DNA of 64,000 nt from Mantamonas sphyraenae STR306 (lineage: Eukaryota > Protista > CRuMs). The position numbers and the translations under genes are program-made. The notes beneath the pieces are model-generated. The model worked only from the letters and a program-made list of their open reading frames with translations, was not told the origin of the DNA and did not search any database. Position 1 is the stretch's first letter. Every line of letters begins with the position of its first letter. Shown here piece after piece: positions 36,701-44,801 of the stretch. The DNA is taken from assembly GCA_026936335.1 (NCBI GenBank), contig JAPMXV010000026.1, forward strand, positions 206,272-270,271, in the 5' to 3' direction.

Positions 36701-39700
36701 CGTGCAACTGCTGTACGATGGCGACCAGGGGCGTGCGGTGCCCTCCGAGGCAGAGAGCAACATTGGAAGCGTGGTCATGCGCGTATTGGACGCGAGTGGG
36801 ATCTTTGTGGGTGCATTCGACACGCGTACGCTGATGGTCCGCTTGACCAGCGACACGCTGCAGTTTGTCGGCGGTGTAGAGCCCATGCTGCCCGTCGTAA
36901 ACGGCACAGTGCGCTTCGACAACGTGAGCGTGGTTGCTCCAGTGCAAGGGCTGCATGTGGTGCGCGTGGAGAGCGACATGCTGCGTGGGGTCAATGTGAC
37001 GATGAATGTGACCGAAGGCAGTGCACGTGCGCTGTGGACGGCCGCCTACAGCGAAATCCCTCACCCGTCGCAGTTGAATCTGACCCTGAATGCCATTGAG
37101 GTGCGCACGGTAGACGCTGGCCAAGGATTCACACGCCTTCACCCTGCCGATCTGGACGTACGTGTGGAAGTGGCAGCGGGCAGTGCGCATGTGCAGCTGC
37201 TGGGCACGACTGTGCAGCGCGTGGTCCAGGGCCGCACGGTTTTCAACAACGTGCTGCTTGCTGTGCCGCGTTCGCAGGATGGTGCGTACGAGCTGGAGCT
37301 GCGTGCGTCCGGTCTGAACAGCACACGTGTGCGCGTGCGCATTGTACGTGGCGCGCCGGTGGAGCTGGCGCGCATCAGCAATGTGCCCCAAACGCCACAA
37401 TACCCGTCTCGAGAAGTGGTGAAGCTGAACGCAGACGTGATTGGCGCTCGGGACGCCGGAGGTGCTCTCGTGGGTGAGCGGACTCTGCGCACGTACGCAA
37501 TGTCACAGTACGCTCGCTGAACGGTACCCAGGTGACGCTGCAGGGACAGCTGCGTTTCCTGATGCGAGATGGCAACGTGACGCTGCGCGGGATGGAGTTG
37601 CTTGCTCCTGCAGTGGGGCAGTATCGCCTGATTGTGGAAACGCCCGACACGGCGTCCATTGCGCCGTTTGCCTTTTGGCTGCGGGTCGTGATCGGCCCTG
37701 CACGAAGTTTGCGCGTGCGTACGCCGGCTTCAGGAGTGGCGGTGATGGAAGCGGCGCGGTATGCACGTGTGCCTGTTGTGGATCTGGAGACGGTGGACGC
37801 CGGAGGCAACTTTGTGGGTCAGAGCGACTTTGATCGCGTGGTAAGCGCGACGCTCGTGAGCAGCGCGGGTGGTTTGGACGACAGCACGTTGGATCCCAGG
37901 AGCAGCAGCATGCTGCAGGCGACCGGGAGACAAGCGAGTGCAGCGGCAGGCGTGACGCGATTTGCGCAACTGACGCTGGTGCGTCCGTTCAGAGGACAGC
38001 ACACGGTGCGGTTCACAAGCGGACAACTGGTGGCCACCGAGCTGCGCATCAACGTGACCGACGGCAACGCAACGCGTGTGGCCCTGTCGGTGCGAACCAT
38101 CAGCGTAGCCTATCCCGGAGGCGAAGCTGGACAAACTGCGCTGCCGGCAGTAACGGTACGTGTGGAAGACGAGGGCGGCAATCTGGTGGCTGTGAATGGC
38201 CTGCGTGTGACATCGCGCTTCAACGGGGCTGCGACAGCAACAGGCGCGGCATTGGTCGTTTCATCGCGCAGCGTCGTGGCTGGAAACACAACCAGTGCGT
38301 TGACTGTACAAGGCGTGGCCACGCTGAATGCACTGGTGGCGCCTTCTGGTGTGGGTGAGTATGAGTTTGAACTCACAGCGGATCAGCTGGCAGCGGACAC
38401 GCTGCGTGTGCGCGTGCAGCCTGGGCCTCCGACACGCTTGGCCATCGTGCAACAGCCAAGTGCAGTGTGGGACAATGGACGTTCGGGTGTCAACACGCTC
38501 GCACAGCAACCGATTGTGCAGCTGCAGGACGACGCAGGCAACAATGTCAACGTGACGGGCACGTACTTTGTGACCATTTCGTTCCGAGCCAGTGTGAGCG
38601 CGCCTACGGGCGTGACGTCGTCTGTGGTCGGTGGACTGGCAACGTTTACGCAGTTTGGCTTCCGTGCGCGTCACAACGAACGCTTTGAGCTTGTGTTCTC
38701 GCTGTTGCCGTTCAACCCGGCTGCTCGCGATCTGGTTCTGGCCAACGCGGTTTTCATTCCGCCGTGCGGCCAGTTGAAGGACAACACGGTGGCGTCTGCC
38801 AATGGGCGCGAATGCATCTGTGCGCGTGGCTACACCGCCGTCAACAACGAGCAGCCATGCTTGCCGTGTGATCCGGGCTTCTACAAGAACACAGAAGGTC
38901 CGCTCACCTGTGACTCGTGTCCGAGCAACATGGACACGTCCGGGGCGGTCGGGAGCGTTTCTGTGGATGACTGCACATGCCTCAGTGGATTCTATCGGCT
39001 CAAGGCAGGTGAAACGTGCCGCAAGTGCCCTTCGGGTGGCGTGTGCACACAGGGCCAGGAAGTTCAGCCGCAGCCGGGATTCTTCCGCGAGGCCGGTCAG
39101 GTGGACAGCTTCCACCGGTGCTTCAACGACGCAGCGTGCAAGGGAGGAGCAAACAGCACGTGTGCAGAGGGCCACACAGGTCCGCTGTGTGCGGTGTGTG
39201 CACAGGGCTACGGTTCGTTTGGGTACAAGTGCGAGCCGTGTGGCGAGGAGCAGAACAACTACACGCTGGTGGTGTTGTTCTTTGTGGCGGCTGTGTCGAT
39301 GCTTGCCTTTTTGGTGCGCACGGCGGCGGGCAAGAAGAGCGCCGTGTCGATTATCCTGAAGATCTTCCTCAACTATCTGCAGGTGACCGCATTTGTGGGC
39401 GAGTTCCGCCTTGAGTGGACCGACGAAACGCAGCTTTACTTCCAGTCGACGTCAGTGTCGCTGTTCTCCCTGCAGCTGCACCCCATCGACTGTGCGCTGC
39501 GCATGGACTGGTTCGAACGATTCGAAAGCTACATGCTGTTCCCGCTGTTTGTGCTGTTTGTACCGATGCTGCTGTACGGTGGCGTGTACCTGTGGGTGGC
39601 CATCTTGCGCCCGCTGATGAACCTGGAGCTGCGCAAGCCCGACGAGGTGTACAACACAGAAGTGGGCTCGTCGGAGGAGTCGCGTGTGCGAGAGCTGGAG

Positions 39701-41269
39701 GAGAGCATGAGCGTGCCGCAGGCGTGGCGGGTCAAGCTGACCAACCTGTACACGCTGACAATTTTGGTGACGCTGTTCCTTGCACATCCGATCATCAGCA
39801 AGGTGCTGTTCCAGATCTTCAACTGCGTGCAGCTGGACGACGGGGCCTACCTGGCCGACGACATGAGCGTGAGCTGCGACAGCGCACGGTACAAGAGTTT
39901 CCGCGATTCGTACGGCTACCTGATGGTGGTTGGATACTGCTTTGGCGTGCTGCTGGTCGGTCTGTTTGTGCTGGTGAAGAACAGGAAGAAATTGAACACG
40001 GCGGAGGTGCAGAGCAAGTACCGTTTCCTGTACGACGGCTACTCGACCAAGCGTTTCTACTGGGAAGTTGTGATTATGCTGCGCAAGCTTGTTGTGGTGG
40101 CGTTTATCGTGTTTTTCCGGCGGGAGCCGCTGACGCAGCTGTACAGCGGCCTGTGGATGGCCATGGGTGCGTTTGTGTTGCACCTGTACGCACGTCCGTT
40201 TGCGTCGCCACTGACGACAAATCTGGAGACGCTGTCGTTGGCGACGCAAACGGTGACGCTGATGAGCGGACTTGTGTTTTACAGCGACGAAACGACGGCA
40301 GAGGACGTGCAGGTGCTGTCGACGCTGCTGCTTGTGGTGAATCTGGCCGTGGTGATTGCGTTTGGCGTTGTGTTTGTACACCAGTTTGTGCAACTGGCAC
40401 GCAAGCAGAAGCATGTGGCGGCCATGCAAGAGCAGATGGCCAGGCAGTACGAAGAGATGAAGGCGCACCAGGAGGCGACGCGGCAGCGCGCGGCAATCCT
40501 CAAGACCGTGGTGGAGGAGACGAGCAGCACCCGCAGTGGCAGCACAATGTTGCAGGCCAAGGTGGCGAGCAGCGAGTCGGGAGTGTCGAAGCGAGCAAGC
40601 ATGTACGTGCGCAACCGATCGCAGACGGTGATTGCGATGCAGTCGATGCGAGAGAAGCAGCTACGCTCGTTTGCAGACGCGATGGAAAGTTCTGTGTGGC
40701 GAGAGCGGACGGTCAAAGCAGTGTGCAAGGCAGTGGACGACGGGTGGATGGTGGAAGGTGAGAGTGAGGAGCGACGTGGCCTGCTGGAAGGCATCGTGGC
40801 GTGGTGGCGAAGCGTGGAGAGCGGTGATCAGGAAGGGGAGGAGCTGTTGGACATGGCAAACGAGCTGGTGGAGGCATATCTTGACGACGACAGCGATACG
40901 TTTGTGGACGTGGAGTTTGGTGCGTTGAGCAACACCCTGCGTGTCGTGGGCATGATGGACGCGGAAGCCATTGACAAGAGTGCGTTTGATCTGGTTGTGG
41001 CCAAGGAGTGGGCTCAATCGTGGGACCAGCTGCGCAAACAGCTGGAAGACGCGTACCCAGCCGCAAGCGACAACGAGCAGCTGGAGGAGGCGCACAACAA
41101 GAGGCAGGAGGAAAAGAAGAAGGAGTTGGAGGAGGCGCGCGGAACGGAGGAGGCTGCGGAAGATGACATGGAGCTGATGCTGACGGGGCCGAGCACTCTT
41201 GCGAGTTCTGCAAAGATGGTGGATGGAGAGATGGAGATGAGTGTGTTGGGTGGGGGTGAGGCGGAATGA
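9716..41269 (+). CDS. Giant (~10,350 aa) multi-pass surface protein: 12x FG-GAP propeller/Cys/IPT modules, filamin-like, discoidin-like, 18 Ig-like repeats, Cys-rich, ~9 TM, RGS-like tail
   Basis: Exons are 9716-10049, 10250-10396, 10508-10600 and 10804-41269, joined by three phase-1 GT-AG introns with CTGAC branch points. Five 1-nt indels (~11700, ~16140, ~16961, ~17663, ~37478) each fall mid-repeat, and repairing them restores consensus motifs (GARFNDEAGNNAGAVY, GRDFDFVYVGEP, QGEKLVDATL, VGEADSAHVRNVTV). The corrected length of 31,041 nt is a multiple of 3. Confidence 0.85.
9782..30330 (+). repeat. Twelve tandem protein-level modules (IPT/TIG domains, FG-GAP propeller, Cys linker), period ~1.45-1.86 kb
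   Basis: A Cys linker of the form C-x4-C-[WYF]-x6-C-x2/3-C (variant in some copies) recurs near 11770, 13520, 15380, 17216, 18970, 20830, 22630, 24170, 25670, 27115, 28630 and 30280. FG.S....VGA...G.VY.F blades and GG..VT..G.GF IPT starts lie between the linkers. Confidence 0.85.
32757..38760 (+). repeat. Eighteen tandem ~110-aa Ig-like beta-sandwich repeats
   Basis: The pattern GPA..L ... D(A)GGN.V ... G.A.F..L.L..P..G.Y.L ... V.V..G recurs 18 times in the translation. Confidence 0.8.
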
Positions 41270-41439
41270 GAGAGGCGATGATGGTGAATGAAGCTGGAGA
41301 ATTTCCTCTCACACAACCACCGGTCAGTGGTGACACACACACACACAGAGTGTGATGTGCACATGCCACTGTCAATGCTGAGCCCATCGCGTGCCATCGA
41401 GCAGGTCGAGGCAAACAAAAACACAACAAAAGTGACTCG

Positions 41440-44400
41440 ATGTCGCTGTCTTCAACGACGCTAAACAAGCGGTCGTCGGCACAAGCACCAAGGCGCACAC
41501 GGACATCGTCCAATCTGTCACGCGAGACGACGGCGGCGGTGGTTGCGACGCAGGCGGCGGCCGGATCGACGTCACGAGCGCAGACACTTCTGGCACGTCT
41601 GCAGCAGGAGCATCAGTCGGTGGGAAAGGTGAACGAAGTCATAGAAGGCAGTTCGGGCGCAAGTCCGCCGTCAAGAGTGACGTTCTCGCCGTCAAAGCGG
41701 CGGCCTCGCTCACGGTCTGGTTCGCCCTCGTCCTCGTCGCCGTCTCCCATCAGGGGACGGGGAGTGGATGGGGGGAGCAACCCGTACGAGACGTTGAATC
41801 AGTCGCGCTCCAAAAGCCCAGCGCGTGGTCAGAGGACATCGTCGCGGACACGGTCGTCGTCAGGCCTGCAGCACGCGCTGGCGAATCTGGGCTCGTCGTC
41901 AACGTCGCTGTGGAGCGTCGGGTCGTCCACACGGCTGTCTTCTGTGGATGAGAGTGGGTCGACGGTGATGTTTGGTGGGTCGTCGATGCAGGCGCAGACG
42001 GAAGAAGGCGACGCCTACGGTTCGGACGACGTGTGGTCGCTGCTTGTGGGTGAGGTGATTCCTCGGGACTGGGAGAACGTTGCGGCGTCGTTCAGCCGCA
42101 CGTTGGGCCCGGACATGACGCTAACGGCGTATCCACCGGTGTGTATGTGTGCGGGGCGACAGGTGGTTGTGGCGCTGCACGAGGATGGCCGCGTCCATCA
42201 GTTTGACCTGCGTACGTCGCAATGGCGAGCAAGCGCGCTGGAAGGGCCGCGGCACAGGACAGACGGGTCGTTGACGGCGTTCAACACAAATGTGCTGTTG
42301 TACGGAGGGATTGTGACGGACAAGGGAGAGGAACAGGTGCTGGGGGACGTGTGGACGTACGCACCGAACATCCGAGTATGGACGCGGCGGAAGGAAGCCG
42401 AGCCATCGTTTGGCCATGTGTGTGCAGTGGACACAACACGTGCGCGGATGTTTGTTTACGGAGGACACAGTGGTTTGGTTGAGGATGGCCATGATGGGAC
42501 ACCGCACCGGGGGTTGCGAGTTTACCATGTGGATGCGGACCATTGGGACACATCGCCGCCAGAAGAAGGGGAGGTGCCACAGGCGACTGAACGGCCAGCT
42601 ATGGTCTTTGTGGGTACGACGTTGTATCTGTTTGGAGGAGACGCGCACGTGGGAGTGCATGCGTACGACACTCGGCACGGAGTCTGGAGGCGTTGCGGAG
42701 AGTCTGTGGATCTGCCGTGCGAGCGGATCACACATGACAGCGCGGTGGCAATAGGCACCCGCATTGTAGTGTACCGTGAGGACGCACTGTTCATTTGGAA
42801 CACAGATGCAGAGACGCCAGTGTGGCAAGCCGTTCATGTGGAAGATGGACCGGAGAGGCTGACACGAGCGGCTTGTTTGGCCCAGGGTATGGAGGCGGAG
42901 GAGGTTCACACGGATATTGTGGCGATGGCAGAGTGTGGAGGCAGTCTGATTGCGGTGTCGCCGGACGGGGGCGTGCACGAGCTGGCGTTGGTGCTGAGCG
43001 ACTTTGATGAACCGGCAGCGCACGCGTCGCGCAGCGTGGTCCTGATGCATGCGTGTGAACGTGAGAATGACGATCATAGCGCATTCGCAAATGGAGTGCG
43101 ATTGTACAGGGCTGGAGCAGGGCAGGAGGTGACGGCCATCCTTGTGGCGAGGACCGGGACTGGGTCAATCAAAACCCAAGGTGGCGACCACGTGCGCGCA
43201 CGAGTCACTGTGGTTCCTGATGCTCAGGTAGCGCGGTGGACAAGGTGGGGTTTTGACAGCGATGGCAAGCTGGTGGAGGCGAACGAATTGCTGCTGGACG
43301 ACGAAACGGACGAGCCGGGCGAGGAGGAAGATGAAGACGAAGATGGGGTGGATGAGGGACACGAAGTGCTGCAGGACGAGTTGTTGCTGACGGACAACGG
43401 CAACGGGACGTACACACTGCGATTTGCGGTGCCAGAGGCGCTTGTGGGCAGTTGGGTTCAGATCCACATGCGCGTGAACGGCAAGGCTGTGGATGGAATG
43501 GCAACGGCAGTGAGGGTGGAAGACAACCTGCGTCTGTTTCTGCAGAGAGATTGTGGGATGGATGCAGAGACAGCAGACGGGGTGCGAGAAACGCTGGTGG
43601 CGCATGGAGTTGGAGATGTCAAGACGGTGAAGCTGTTGGACAAGCACTGGGCTGGTCAATTGGGCCTTGGTGTCGGATTGACGATGCGACTGCTGCATGG
43701 CCTGGGTGAGTTTGGATCGAACGTGGGTGAGACGCGCGCGGTTGTGTCCGCAAAACGGACACTGCAACACAGGCACATGGAGCTGCCATTGAGGGCGAGC
43801 AGTGCACACGACGTATGCAATGGGGCATATGTGCGCACAGAAGCGTGGCTGGAGGCAGATGGTCTGGCAGCGTACGTGCATATTCGCTGTTGTTTGCGAG
43901 GGACCAGCTCGCACGCAGCGGTGATGCCACTTGTGATTCTGCGAAACGCGGACGGGGTGCCACTGTACGTGTGCGGTGTCTCTCAAGTTGTGGAAGCGCA
44001 GCAAAGCAGTGCAAGCACCTCTCCGCCGGAACGCGAAGTCAGGGAAATCCACACGCTGCCCCTCCCGCTGTGGGCGTACCTGTATCCCGAGTTGGCTTCG
44101 ATGGATGTACTACACCACGAGAGCACTCGCAGTCAAGGTAGGTTCTGGGATGTGGCGGGTGGCTCGCTGTTGGAGACGCTGCTGCGGCAGCGCGCACTGA
44201 TCCCGCTGCGCGTCTCTTTTCCCGAGCTGGAAGCGCACAAGACACGTGCGGCGGGCGTTCACAATGACTTGCTGGCGATGGTCACAGGCGATGGCTTCCG
44301 TTTTCATCTGGAAACGACAGACAGCATCCAGAACAATGCATCGCAAGTGGAGAACGCGCTGAAGCGGACGGCGGCGCGCACACAGCGGTCCTGTGTGCTC

Positions 44401-44787
44401 AGGAAACGTTTGTATGCACGCTTGCAAGCGCTGGCAGTGCAAGAGGGGATGCGATCATCGGTGTGGCAGCTTGACCATGAGGAGGAGGACGAGCAAGAGG
44501 AGCAGGAGGAGAAGGAGCAGGTTGCGCGCAAGATGGTCAGCACGCACCTGGCACAGTACGACAGCCGCTTGGCGCTAAAAGTTGCACGTGTGTATAGCAG
44601 CCAGTACGCACGGTTCAGCACGCTGCCGTCGACGCTGCAAGGGCAGCACAGCTTCGTGGTGGCGGCGTCGGCTGCGGCGCAGTGGGCGATGTTGGAAGCA
44701 TGCACAACAGATGTGGAGGAGATTGCAAGGACGCTGAACGAACACCACGCGCTGTGGGCAGAAACAATGCGGTTTGCGGTGGGGTGA
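41440..44787 (+). CDS. Kelch-repeat / filamin-repeat / SAM-like protein
   Basis: Ser/Arg-rich N-terminus. Kelch blades LLYGG...GDVWTY, MFVYGG, LYLFGG. Filamin-type GGDHVRARV...DNGNGTYTLRF...VNGKAVDG with an acidic insert. SAM-like LRLFLQRDCGM...LGLGVGLTMRLL. Confidence 0.72.
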   Translation: MSLSSTTLNKRSSAQAPRRTRTSSNLSRETTAAVVATQAAAGSTSRAQTLLARLQQEHQSVGKVNEVIEGSSGASPPSRVTFSPSKRRPRSRSGSPSSSSPSPIRGRGVDGGSNPYETLNQSRSKSPARGQRTSSRTRSSSGLQHALANLGSSSTSLWSVGSSTRLSSVDESGSTVMFGGSSMQAQTEEGDAYGSDDVWSLLVGEVIPRDWENVAASFSRTLGPDMTLTAYPPVCMCAGRQVVVALHEDGRVHQFDLRTSQWRASALEGPRHRTDGSLTAFNTNVLLYGGIVTDKGEEQVLGDVWTYAPNIRVWTRRKEAEPSFGHVCAVDTTRARMFVYGGHSGLVEDGHDGTPHRGLRVYHVDADHWDTSPPEEGEVPQATERPAMVFVGTTLYLFGGDAHVGVHAYDTRHGVWRRCGESVDLPCERITHDSAVAIGTRIVVYREDALFIWNTDAETPVWQAVHVEDGPERLTRAACLAQGMEAEEVHTDIVAMAECGGSLIAVSPDGGVHELALVLSDFDEPAAHASRSVVLMHACERENDDHSAFANGVRLYRAGAGQEVTAILVARTGTGSIKTQGGDHVRARVTVVPDAQVARWTRWGFDSDGKLVEANELLLDDETDEPGEEEDEDEDGVDEGHEVLQDELLLTDNGNGTYTLRFAVPEALVGSWVQIHMRVNGKAVDGMATAVRVEDNLRLFLQRDCGMDAETADGVRETLVAHGVGDVKTVKLLDKHWAGQLGLGVGLTMRLLHGLGEFGSNVGETRAVVSAKRTLQHRHMELPLRASSAHDVCNGAYVRTEAWLEADGLAAYVHIRCCLRGTSSHAAVMPLVILRNADGVPLYVCGVSQVVEAQQSSASTSPPEREVREIHTLPLPLWAYLYPELASMDVLHHESTRSQGRFWDVAGGSLLETLLRQRALIPLRVSFPELEAHKTRAAGVHNDLLAMVTGDGFRFHLETTDSIQNNASQVENALKRTAARTQRSCVLRKRLYARLQALAVQEGMRSSVWQLDHEEEDEQEEQEEKEQVARKMVSTHLAQYDSRLALKVARVYSSQYARFSTLPSTLQGQHSFVVAASAAAQWAMLEACTTDVEEIARTLNEHHALWAETMRFAVG

Positions 44788-44801
44788 ACAAAACAAAAGG
44801 C

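Noticed and set aside
11690-37490. Tiny introns as the explanation for the frameshifts
   Set aside because: I did not find GT-AG pairs of suitable length and phase, and the protein pattern continues across each site with no surplus sequence.
10773-41269. Treating the ORFs at 10773, 11750, 16149, 16979, 17607 and 37532 as an operon of separate genes
   Set aside because: The breaks fall mid-domain, the downstream pieces lack signal peptides, and single-base repairs restore repeat consensus.
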